Source: Candidatus Woesearchaeota archaeon (GTDB lineage: Archaea > Nanobdellota > Nanobdellia > Woesearchaeales > GW2011-AR9). Taken from it: a stretch of 58,232 nt of DNA. The notes under the pieces are model-generated. The model made no database searches, had not been told where the DNA came from, and was given only the letters and a program-made list of their open reading frames with translations. Positions 29,582 to 37,784 of the stretch are shown here, piece by piece. Position 1 is the stretch's first letter. Each line of letters opens with the position of its first letter. The translations under genes and the position numbers were made by a program. The stretch is from contig JABHQW010000006.1 in the NCBI GenBank assembly GCA_018696595.1, positions 1-58,232 of the forward strand, written 5' to 3'.

Positions 29582-31309
29582 TCAAACCTTCTTCTCTTTA
29601 ATCTCTTTCAGAAGATCTTCAATAAACTGATCAACTTTAACATCAAACTTAGTCTTTCCAGCTCTATCCCGAACAGCTAAAGTTTTCTTCTCAACTTCCT
29701 TATCACCAATAGTTAAGATGTAATTAACTTTCTGCATCTGAGCATCTCTAACCTTCTTACCCATAGATTCTGAACGATCATCTAATTCAACCCTAATACC
29801 AGCATCAACCATCTGCTTGATAACTTTCTTAGCGAAAGGAACATTATTGTCAGTAATTGTAACAATCTTAACTTGTGTAGGACTTAACCAAGCAGGAAAC
29901 TTCCCATTCAGATGTTCTGTTAAGATTCCAATAAATCGTTCTATAGCTCCGTAAATTACTCGATGAAGAATAACTGGCCGTTTTTCTTTACCATCTTTAT
30001 TAGTATAATTTAAATCAAACCGTTCAGGAAGAGACATGTCTAATTGAATTGTTGAACATTGCCAAGTTCTGTCAAGAGAATCTTTCAAATGGAAATCAAT
30101 TTTTGGACCATAGAAAGCACCGTCTCCTTCATTAACCTTAAATTTAATCTTCTTCTTTTTCAAAACTTTTTCCAAAGCCTTTTCTGTAAAGTCCCACGTT
30201 TTATCATCACCAATTCTTTTCTCTGGCCTAGTAGACAATTCAATATGATGGAAATCTAAATTAAAAGTAGCAAACATTTCTTTAATAATATCAATAATGT
30301 AACCAACTTCATCTTCTAATTGTTCTTCAGTACAAAAGATATGTGCATCATCTTGTGTGAACTGAATAACTCTAAACAAACCTGCTAAAACACCAGACAA
30401 TTCTTGTCGATGAACTAAACCAAGTTCACCCACTCTTAACGGAAGATCTTTGTAAGATTTAGATGAAGCTTTGTAAACTAACATCCCCCCAGGACAGTTC
30501 ATTGGCTTAACAGCAAATTCTCTTTTCTCATATTCGCTAATGAACATGTTTTCATGATATTTAGCCCAATGTCCTGAAAGTAACCAAAGTTTCTTATCCA
30601 AAATTTGCGGAGTAGAAATTTCTTCATAACCATTTTCCTGATGAACTTCTCTCCAATAATCAGTCAATTTGTTTTTAATAATTAATCCTTTGTTGTGCCA
30701 GAAAACCATTCCAGGAGCAACTTCATTAAAACTCCATAAATCTAAATCTTTTCCAATAATTCGGTGATCATTATCTTTTAATTTTAAAGTATCCAACCGA
30801 GAACGAGAAATTTGTTTTAATAAATGAGCAACCTCTTCTTTACTTAGCTCTTTCTCAACAACTTTCTTTTCTTTACCTGCATTTCCTTCTTCAACAGAGA
30901 ACTCCCTACTCAATTCTGATAAAGGATGACCTTTACAACTTACATCAAATGATTTATACCAACCAAATGGCGCCCGAGAAACTTTGTATCCTTTAAGTTG
31001 CTTCTCTGCTTCTTTCATTACTTCCTCTGCAACTTTTGGATTAGATAAACTAGAACTTAGGTGTGCATAAGGATAAAGAACAATTGTTTTGGTATTAACT
31101 TTTTCGGAAATATCTTTAATCTCTTTCAAATATTTCTTCACAATTTCTTTAACATTATTTTCATCTCGCTTTTCTACTGCTGTAAAAACAACTAGACATT
31201 CTTCAACTCTTTCTTTCTTGCCTTTCTCAACGCCTTCTTCAGCACCTTTGAAAGCTTTCTTCTTTGCTTGAAATTCAATAAAGTCCGCATGGATTGTTAG
31301 GATTTTCAT
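29582..31309 (-). CDS. thrS: Threonyl-tRNA synthetase (archaeal editing domain plus bacterial-type catalytic core)
   Basis: YPYAHLSS and APFGWYK...CKGHPLSELS editing motifs; KPMNCPG, FTQDDAHIF, QCSTIQLD, HRVIYG core. Confidence 0.97.
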   Translation of the reverse strand: MKILTIHADFIEFQAKKKAFKGAEEGVEKGKKERVEECLVVFTAVEKRDENNVKEIVKKYLKEIKDISEKVNTKTIVLYPYAHLSSSLSNPKVAEEVMKEAEKQLKGYKVSRAPFGWYKSFDVSCKGHPLSELSREFSVEEGNAGKEKKVVEKELSKEEVAHLLKQISRSRLDTLKLKDNDHRIIGKDLDLWSFNEVAPGMVFWHNKGLIIKNKLTDYWREVHQENGYEEISTPQILDKKLWLLSGHWAKYHENMFISEYEKREFAVKPMNCPGGMLVYKASSKSYKDLPLRVGELGLVHRQELSGVLAGLFRVIQFTQDDAHIFCTEEQLEDEVGYIIDIIKEMFATFNLDFHHIELSTRPEKRIGDDKTWDFTEKALEKVLKKKKIKFKVNEGDGAFYGPKIDFHLKDSLDRTWQCSTIQLDMSLPERFDLNYTNKDGKEKRPVILHRVIYGAIERFIGILTEHLNGKFPAWLSPTQVKIVTITDNNVPFAKKVIKQMVDAGIRVELDDRSESMGKKVRDAQMQKVNYILTIGDKEVEKKTLAVRDRAGKTKFDVKVDQFIEDLLKEIKEKKV

Positions 31310-31376
31310 GATAATAACCTCATTTTCTTAGTGATTTTTTCTTTATTTAAAAAACATTCTAAAATTAACCTAAACA

Positions 31377-31384
31377 TTTATAAA
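31377..31384 (+). promoter_or_regulatory. BRE/TATA of rps15, implying a leader of about 95 nt
   Basis: AAACA-TTTATAAA; predicted start near 31408, ATG at 31504. Confidence 0.6.
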
Positions 31385-31407
31385 CCAATCACGCAATTAA
31401 AGCAATA

Positions 31408-31503
31408 CTTTGAGAGATACAGCGGTTCATTGCTTCTGTATACTGGAAGGGTGAGATAACTCTTATTCTTCATACAAATGTAAATTAAAAAGGTAAAAAT
31501 AAA
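31408..31503 (+). promoter_or_regulatory. Candidate structured rps15 5' leader
   Basis: Hairpins ATACAG/CTGTAT (31417-31441) and GAAG...GAG-ATAA-CTC...CTTC (31446-31471). Confidence 0.45.
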
Positions 31504-31956
31504 ATGGCTAGAATGCATAGTAGGAAAAAAGGAAAGTCTGGTTCAAAGAGACCAGAAAGTAAAACCCCATCATGGGCACCATATAAAGAGAAAGAAGTCG
31601 AGAAATTAGTAATCAAGTTTGCTAAAGCAGGTAAAACAACTTCAGAAATTGGAATCATATTAAGAGATAGTTATGGGATCCATAGCGTAAAAACATTAAC
31701 TCAAAAAAGAATTGGTCAAGTCTTAGAAGAAAACAATCTTAGTAAAGAATTACCTGAAGATTTGTTAAACTTAATTGGGAAGTTAGTTAATGTTAAAGCA
31801 CATCATGAGAAAAATAATCATGATCAAACTTCTAAAAGAGGCGTGCAATTAACAATTTCAAAAATTAACAGATTGGTTAAATATTACAAGAAATCTAAAA
31901 AACTTCCAGCGGATTGGAAATTTAATCAAGACAGAATGAAGATGTATCTAGAATAG
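31504..31956 (+). CDS. rps15: 30S ribosomal protein uS15 (archaeal S15P/S13e)
   Basis: MARMHSRKKGKSGS, GIILRDSYGI, LPEDL, SKINRLVKYYK...LPADW. Confidence 0.98.
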   Translation: MARMHSRKKGKSGSKRPESKTPSWAPYKEKEVEKLVIKFAKAGKTTSEIGIILRDSYGIHSVKTLTQKRIGQVLEENNLSKELPEDLLNLIGKLVNVKAHHEKNNHDQTSKRGVQLTISKINRLVKYYKKSKKLPADWKFNQDRMKMYLE

Positions 31957-31962
31957 ATACAC

Positions 31963-31988
31963 TTTTTTTATTTCTTATTTTTTTATTT
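31963..31988 (+). terminator. Oligo-T archaeal terminator candidate after rps15
   Basis: TTTTTTTATTTCTTATTTTTTTATTT 7 nt after the stop. Confidence 0.45.
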
Positions 31989-32109
31989 GTGAGCAGAGCC
32001 GGCTCGTTTTGTTTATATTGTTTATGGGTGCGGTCCCTCCCGTATGGAGCGTCCCCAACCGCAGACTTATGTCTTCTCAGATAAACACTCGCAAATTGGC
32101 GTTGCTCAC
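31989..32109. ncRNA. Unidentified structured GC-rich RNA candidate (121 nt)
   Basis: Nested stems GTGAGCA/TGCTCAC, TGTTTAT/ATAAACA, GCGGT/ACCGC, CTCC/GGAG, AGAC/GTCT. Strand undetermined. Confidence 0.5.
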
Positions 32110-32182
32110 ACAAATAATAAGGTATGAATAATAGAAACATTTTTATTCTCTTTTTCTTTTCTTTTATTATTAAAGGTAAATT

Positions 32183-32416
32183 ATGGAAACCGAGCCAATT
32201 AAACAAAATCGCACAATTCTAATTATTGCTATTGTTATCGCTGTAATTGCTATAGTAAGCTTAACAGTTAGTACTACAATAACTGGTGGGACAATTATCA
32301 AGAAAGTCTCTTGTTACGACAAAGATGATTGTAATGACCATAATGAAGCAACTGAAGACTCTTGTAAGAATCCAGCAACAGAATATTCTTTATGTATTAA
32401 CAAACCAGTAAATTAA
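32183..32416 (+). CDS. Small membrane-anchored protein with a Cys-rich repeat
   Basis: N-terminal TM, ITGGTI, CYDKDDCNDHNEATEDSC motif. Confidence 0.8.
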   Translation: METEPIKQNRTILIIAIVIAVIAIVSLTVSTTITGGTIIKKVSCYDKDDCNDHNEATEDSCKNPATEYSLCINKPVN

Positions 32417-32445
32417 ATTAATAAATAAGAAAAAATAAAAAGAAA

Positions 32446-32748
32446 TCATAACATAGTTCTTATGCTTTCTATGTTAGAAGCAATGTCATGACCTTTCTTA
32501 GTTAACTCTAAAAGTTTTAACCGACCTTCTTTCTTGAACTTAATCAAATCAGATTTCTGCATTTCTTGCAAAATCTTAACCACATGTGAATAGGTGCAGT
32601 CAATTTGTTTTGCTAATACTGATGCGTAAACATTAGCATTTGCATTTTTTAGTTCTACCAACATCATGGCTGGTTTCTCTCGGAAAAATACTTCAAAGAT
32701 GGATTTCTCTGTTTTAATCAATTTGCCACCCCGCAATTTAGTTTCCAT
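32446..32748 (-). CDS. Winged-helix DNA-binding protein (MarR-like)
   Basis: YASVLAKQIDCTYSHVVKIL...LIKFKKEGR...LTKKG. Confidence 0.88.
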   Translation of the reverse strand: METKLRGGKLIKTEKSIFEVFFREKPAMMLVELKNANANVYASVLAKQIDCTYSHVVKILQEMQKSDLIKFKKEGRLKLLELTKKGHDIASNIESIRTML

Positions 32749-32790
32749 CTTCCACCCCTCAAATTAAATTTAAAATCTTAAGCATTGTTC

Positions 32791-32814
32791 GCTTGCAAAA
32801 TATACATTGCAAGC
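32791..32814. promoter_or_regulatory. Perfect 8-8-8 inverted repeat GCTTGCAA-N8-TTGCAAGC, candidate operator
   Basis: Lies over the predicted start site of the minus-strand promoter (TATA 32820-32827) of the wHTH gene. Confidence 0.6.
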
Positions 32815-32881
32815 ACTTATATTTAAAGCTTTTGCTTGTGTTTCAGTAATGTTTTTAAAGGGTTAATCAATAAAGAAACTT

Positions 32882-34756
32882 ATGTCTTCTGAATTTAAAA
32901 ACGAATTTTTTCCTCATCAAGAAGTTAGAAAAGGACAAGATGAATTAATAGAAGATATTGAAAAAGCATTTTCTGAAAAGAAAATTTTATTGGCACATGC
33001 CCCGACAGGACTTGGAAAAACTGCCAGTGCTTTAGCAGTAGCAATGAAGTATGCCTTAGAACATAAGAAAAAAGTTTTTTTTCTAACTAACAGACATACT
33101 CAACATAAGATTGCTATCGATACTTTAAAACTAATCAATGAAAAAAGTCAAAAAGAAATCTCTTGCGCAGATTTAATTGGAAAAAGATGGATGTGTAACC
33201 AAAAGATTGCGGGCCTGTTTGGAACAGAATTTAACGAGTTTTGTAAAAGTGTTGTAGAGAAAGGTGAATGTGAATTTTATAATAATGTTAAACAAAAAAA
33301 AGAATTAACTGTAACAGCAAAAAAACTATTAACAGACCTAAGAAGAAAAGGACCGTTACATAACGAAGAATTAATTGTAATTTGTAAAGATGAAAAGAAA
33401 TGTAGTTATGAAATTGCTTTGGCTCTTGCTAAAGAGTCAAACGTTTTAATTGGAGATTATTATTATTTGTTTAATCCTTTTGTTCAATCAACAATATTTA
33501 AGAAACTAGACATTGAAATGGAAGATGTAATTTTAGTTGTTGATGAAGGCCATAATCTTCCTGGAAGAGTTACAGAAATGTTAAGTTCTAATCTTAGTAG
33601 TTATATTATCAAAAACGCAATTATGGAAGCCAAGAAATATAATTATCGAGGCATGATAATTTGGTTACAAGGATTAAACACAATTATTAATAAAATGGCT
33701 GAATTCGATCAAGCAAATAGTTTTTCTAAAGAAATGTTAGTAGAAAAAGAAGAATTCTTGGATGAAGTAAAAAAAGTAGTTGACTATGATCAATTTATTG
33801 AAGAGTTAGAATTAGCAGCAGATGAAATCAGAAAGAAACAAAGAAAAAGTTATTTGGGGGGAATTGCCCATTTCTTAGAAGAATGGAAAGGAGAAGATGA
33901 TGGGTTTACTAGAATTATTTCTGAGAAAGGAAGTAAGTATGGACCAATAACAACTTTAAGTTATTCTTGTTTAGATCCGAGTATTATTACTAAAACTGTT
34001 TTTGACAGAATCCATTCAGGATTAATAATGAGTGGAACTCTGAAACCAACTTTTATGTATAAAGATATTTTAGGAATTACAAATGGAGTGGAACGAGAAT
34101 ATTTTTCACCATTTCCACCAGAAAATCAATTAAGTTTAGTTGTTCCAGAAACAAGTACAAAATATAATTTAAGAAATGAAACCATGTTTAGTTTGATGGG
34201 CCAGAAATGTTCAGAATTCTCTTCGTTAATCCCAGGAAACATAGCCTTGTTTTTCCCTTCGTATCACCTAAGAGATCAAGTTGCCCAATTTATTCAATCC
34301 AGTAAAAAATTATTTTGGGAAAAAAGTGATATGAATAAAGAAGAAAAGGAAGGTCTTTTGAATTCTTTTCGAGCAGAAAAAGATGAAGGTGGAATTTTAT
34401 TAGGAGTTTCAGGAGCAAATTTTGCTGAAGGGGTTGATTTACCTGGCGACTTGTTAAATGGCGTTGTGGTTATTGGATTACCATTAGCTAAACCAGATCT
34501 TAAAACTAGAGAAATTATTAAATATTATGATCAAGAATTTGGTCGCGGCTGGAATTATGGTTACATTTTCCCGGCAATGAGTAAATGTATCCAATCAGCA
34601 GGAAGATGTATTCGTTCAGAAACAGATAAAGGTGTAGTCATCTATTTAGATGAACGCTTTGCTTGGCAAAATTATTATTCATGTTTGCCTCGAGAAGGTT
34701 TAATTGTTTCTAAGGATTACGAAAAACGATTGAAAGAATTCTTTAAGGAGGAGTAA
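32882..34756 (+). CDS. xpd: XPD/Rad3/DinG-family Fe-S DNA helicase
   Basis: APTGLGKT, four spaced Cys, VVDEGHNL, MSGTL, FAEGVD, QSAGRCIR. Confidence 0.93.
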   Translation: MSSEFKNEFFPHQEVRKGQDELIEDIEKAFSEKKILLAHAPTGLGKTASALAVAMKYALEHKKKVFFLTNRHTQHKIAIDTLKLINEKSQKEISCADLIGKRWMCNQKIAGLFGTEFNEFCKSVVEKGECEFYNNVKQKKELTVTAKKLLTDLRRKGPLHNEELIVICKDEKKCSYEIALALAKESNVLIGDYYYLFNPFVQSTIFKKLDIEMEDVILVVDEGHNLPGRVTEMLSSNLSSYIIKNAIMEAKKYNYRGMIIWLQGLNTIINKMAEFDQANSFSKEMLVEKEEFLDEVKKVVDYDQFIEELELAADEIRKKQRKSYLGGIAHFLEEWKGEDDGFTRIISEKGSKYGPITTLSYSCLDPSIITKTVFDRIHSGLIMSGTLKPTFMYKDILGITNGVEREYFSPFPPENQLSLVVPETSTKYNLRNETMFSLMGQKCSEFSSLIPGNIALFFPSYHLRDQVAQFIQSSKKLFWEKSDMNKEEKEGLLNSFRAEKDEGGILLGVSGANFAEGVDLPGDLLNGVVVIGLPLAKPDLKTREIIKYYDQEFGRGWNYGYIFPAMSKCIQSAGRCIRSETDKGVVIYLDERFAWQNYYSCLPREGLIVSKDYEKRLKEFFKEE

Positions 34757-35087
34757 GCCCTCTTTTTTTACGGTAATGCCTTACTTCTTGATGAAGACCA
34801 AAATAATCAGTTAAATCCCTTACACAATTATGTTGTTGGCACCAAAAAGGCCTATTTTCTTCCAATTTACATAATAAAGTTTCTTCATTCAATAAAACAC
34901 AAGTGCCAAAATTATCCTTGCTCCTAATGTAGTAACCCTCATCTTTTTTTATCACATTCTCTTCTCCCACTAAATCTATCTCAACTTCAAATATTGCCCT
35001 ACCATCAACATAGCAACAAGCACTAAGGCAGCTCTGGTCTCTTCTATTACTCCAAAGAATAGAACAAATAGTCATATTTAATGGCAT
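34743..35087 (-). CDS. YkgJ-family Cys-cluster protein
   Basis: CLSACC...CVLL...CKL...RPFWC pattern. Confidence 0.75.
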   Translation of the reverse strand: MPLNMTICSILWSNRRDQSCLSACCYVDGRAIFEVEIDLVGEENVIKKDEGYYIRSKDNFGTCVLLNEETLLCKLEENRPFWCQQHNCVRDLTDYFGLHQEVRHYRKKRGLTPP

Positions 35088-35224
35088 ATTTCCAAACTAT
35101 AAAAGAATTTAGGCACAAAATTAGGCACTCCCTGATTTAGCTATTAATTTACAGTTTGTAGCTTATAAGTAACCAGTATACAAAAACGTAACATTTATAT
35201 ACCTGTTGTACTTTCCTACTAATA

Positions 35225-35290
35225 TCACGATAGCTGGGTTCCAAGAATTCTACCACCCTCACCCCCTCTTCGGAACCCGCTTTTTATTTT
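35225..35290 (+). ncRNA. Candidate small RNA: GC hairpin with a 20-nt C-rich loop and oligo-U tail
   Basis: BRE/TATA at 35194-35201 with no downstream + strand ORF; stem 35233-35246 / 35267-35280; T-run from 35281. Confidence 0.45.
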
Positions 35291-35299
35291 TCTTAAGAA

Positions 35300-35950
35300 T
35301 TAATTTGAATAAGATTTCTTACTTCCCGAATAACTATAATGTAGCTCAGCGAATTCACAGTTAGAGCAAGTAGCGTCTAAGTTCACCCAATCTCCCTCAG
35401 ATTTATATCGAGAAATTGCTTCTTTTAGTTTAACTTGCACAAACACGTGGCCAGGCACAAAAACAAATCTTGTCTGTAAACCAATAGATTGTAATAAAGA
35501 AGATAAAAGAATAGAAGCATCATCACAATCCCCAGAGTTAGAATTAAAAGATTCTTGAGGGGTTTTATAATATTCAAAAGCTAACGGATCGTTAAGATAA
35601 TTAAAATTCTTCTGTACGAAATAAAATATCGCTTTAGAATTACAAACTTTACTTGTTTCTTCACAAGATAACGTTACAATTTTATCCGCAATTTGTTTGA
35701 TTTCAGGAGTTACTTGCACATAAGCAGTTATTTTTTCTGAGTTCGTTTCAGGAATAGTCATTTCAGGAACATTTAAATTTTCCAATGTCGGCAAATAATT
35801 AGGTTCTGGATTCTGTTTAATTCCGTAATAAGGAATCAGCCACATTACTAACAATAAAATCAAGAATAGTCCTATAATAACTTTGATTGGTCCTTTATAC
35901 CAAGGTTCGTGATCGTCTTCATGTTGTTCTAAAGTGTTATGTTCATGCAT
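35300..35950 (-). CDS. Transglutaminase-like cysteine protease domain membrane protein
   Basis: N-terminal TM; GDCDD, GHVFVQV and WVNLDAT give a Cys-His-Asp triad. Confidence 0.9.
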   Translation of the reverse strand: MHEHNTLEQHEDDHEPWYKGPIKVIIGLFLILLLVMWLIPYYGIKQNPEPNYLPTLENLNVPEMTIPETNSEKITAYVQVTPEIKQIADKIVTLSCEETSKVCNSKAIFYFVQKNFNYLNDPLAFEYYKTPQESFNSNSGDCDDASILLSSLLQSIGLQTRFVFVPGHVFVQVKLKEAISRYKSEGDWVNLDATCSNCEFAELHYSYSGSKKSYSN

Positions 35951-35996
35951 AAATAAAAGAATAAATTTAGAGTATATAATTGTTTAGAAAAAAAAG

Positions 35997-36113
35997 TGCG
36001 GGGGAGGAGATTTGAACTCCCGAACCCACTAAGAGACAGGATCTTAAGTCCTGCGCATTTGACCAGACTTTGCTCAAAGGATCTAAAAGCAATTGCTTAA
36101 AGGTAACCCCCGC
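35997..36113 (-). tRNA. tRNA-Leu(TAA) with a 31-nt non-canonical intron (36075-36105, position 8/9), no encoded CCA
   Basis: Spliced: GCGGGGG T|A GCA AAGTCTGGTCAAA TGC G CAGGA CTTAAGA TCCTG, long variable arm, GGGAG TTCAAAT CTCCT CCCCCGC A. Confidence 0.9.
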
Positions 36114-36190
36114 AGATCTGGTTATCGCAGGTGTCTCTTAACTTAGTAAGTTAAAAAGAAAATCTAACCCTTATTTATAAATTCTTCCTT

Positions 36191-36796
36191 TTATTTTCTT
36201 AGTTTTGGAAGTTTAGAAATGGGGTTGATTTCTTCTAAAAAACGAATTTGATCTTTTCGACTTAATTGTAACACATAATGAGGTTTTCTCTTTGGTCTAA
36301 TTATTGGACCTTGGATTGTATGTTTATAATTTAAGTTTGATAATAAGAAAGAAAGTTGATCAATTCCTTTTTTATTAGTAGAGAACATTCTTACAATGTT
36401 TATGGCAGTACCATCCCCATCAAAGAATCCTCTTAGGAAAAAAACTTTAATTTCTTTATTAGAATCAATTACTGAATTTGGAACCTGCCATTTTAAGTGT
36501 CCTAAAGGAGTCTGATTAATAATACTTTTAATAATAGCATGATTACCAATGTTAATTTTTCCATGTTTAGTAATTTTAAAAGTAAAACCAAATTCTTTAT
36601 TCAAAAGAGAAATGTAATGATTGGCTAAGTTGATATCTTTACTATAAAATTCAATTCGTTCTGATCTCTTATCTTTACGATAACGTTTTTTAAGTCCATT
36701 AATTTCCCAATAACTAGAATAAGAGATAATATGGCTACCTTCAGCACATAAAAGTCCCAATATCTCAGCAAATTCTTTACTTATTTTATTATTCAT
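36191..36796 (-). mobile_element. Free-standing double-motif LAGLIDADG (intein-type) homing endonuclease-like gene
   Basis: FAEILGLLCAEGS and FLRGFFDGDGT; no Hint or splicing residues; GAGGTGA SD. Confidence 0.85.
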
Positions 36797-37062
36797 TTAA
36801 GTCACCTCTTTGTTTCTACTCATTAAAACAAAGAGTTTTTCAAAAAAGAGTAAGTCTAGCGAAACCCATTAAATTTCTTCTTGGTTTCAGACAGAAAGAC
36901 AAAGATCTTTTTGGCGTCCTAAAAATGTTTTTTGTTCATTTTTATGATACCAAAATAATTTTATTAAGGGTTTTGCGTTAGCTCTTTTTCATTATCCTTA
37001 CAGAACTAATCATTAATAAATATTATCCAAACCTGTCGAGTGTGTCTAGTGGCTTTTAGAAT

Positions 37063-37497
37063 TTACTTTCTCTTCTTCTCTTTTAACAATCGAAGAATCT
37101 TATTCATATCTTTCTGTAATAACTGATTTTCACGTTCAGCTTTTCGATTAATCGCATGATCATAACTAGCATCAATTCTATCTCTTTCAGCCTGCCTATT
37201 TTGAGTCATTAAAATAATCGGTGCTTGAACTGCTGCCAAACAAGATAAAACTAAGTTAAGAAGAATAAATGGGTAAGGATCAAATGGTTTGTTTAATAAA
37301 ATCCAACTGTTAATTCCCATCCAAACAATTAACAATCCAAAAAAGAGTATGATAAAAGTCCAACTACCACCAAACTTAGCAATAATATCTGCTGCTTTCT
37401 GCCCAACACTTAACTTTTGTCTAAAAACGGGATGATGTTTATGTTTAGTAGGATGATGATTCTTAGAACTATCCTTCTTAGACCTCTTTTTTGCCAT
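37063..37497 (-). CDS. DUF1003 family membrane protein
   Basis: AKFGGSWTFII, PFDPYPFILLNLVLSCLAAVQAPIILMTQNRQ. Confidence 0.93.
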   Translation of the reverse strand: MAKKRSKKDSSKNHHPTKHKHHPVFRQKLSVGQKAADIIAKFGGSWTFIILFFGLLIVWMGINSWILLNKPFDPYPFILLNLVLSCLAAVQAPIILMTQNRQAERDRIDASYDHAINRKAERENQLLQKDMNKILRLLKEKKRK

Positions 37498-37595
37498 GGA
37501 AGAAAATGAATATTTTATGATTTATATAACTTTTGTTCATCTCAAGTTAAAAACAAACAGAATAATTTATAAGTAAAAAAGTAATTATTAAGAAT

Positions 37596-37784
37596 ATGAA
37601 TGTTGCTTTACCCGTAATCTTAATTATAATTGCTAATCTGGTTATTTACTGGATTTTTTTTGGTAACAAGGATCCAAGAAAAAAATCAGGATTAGAATTA
37701 TTTGGTAATTCAAATCAGCCAACTTTTTATAAAAAGAAATTTGAAGATAAACTAGAAAAGGAGGTCAAGAAAAATGTCAGATAG
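37596..37784 (+). CDS. Small membrane protein
   Basis: 62 aa, one TM; TATA 37566-37573 lies 22 nt upstream; overlaps the next gene. Confidence 0.65.
   Translation: MNVALPVILIIIANLVIYWIFFGNKDPRKKSGLELFGNSNQPTFYKKKFEDKLEKEVKKNVR

Noticed and set aside
31989-32109. Identification as 5S rRNA, SRP RNA, RNase P RNA, TPP or SAM-I riboswitch, or hammerhead ribozyme
   Set aside because: Only fragments match (length, CUGAGA, GGAGGGAC); the diagnostic cores (5S loop C/E, SRP CAGG/AGCA, GAGGAAAGUCC, GAAA after stem II) are absent.
20544-34756. Inteins in smc, thrS or xpd as the source of the LAGLIDADG domain
   Set aside because: All three have normal lengths and uninterrupted motifs.
35233-35266. Split-tRNA half (GGGTTC...GAAT...CACC)
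   Set aside because: T-stem does not pair properly and no complementary half or acceptor strand is evident.
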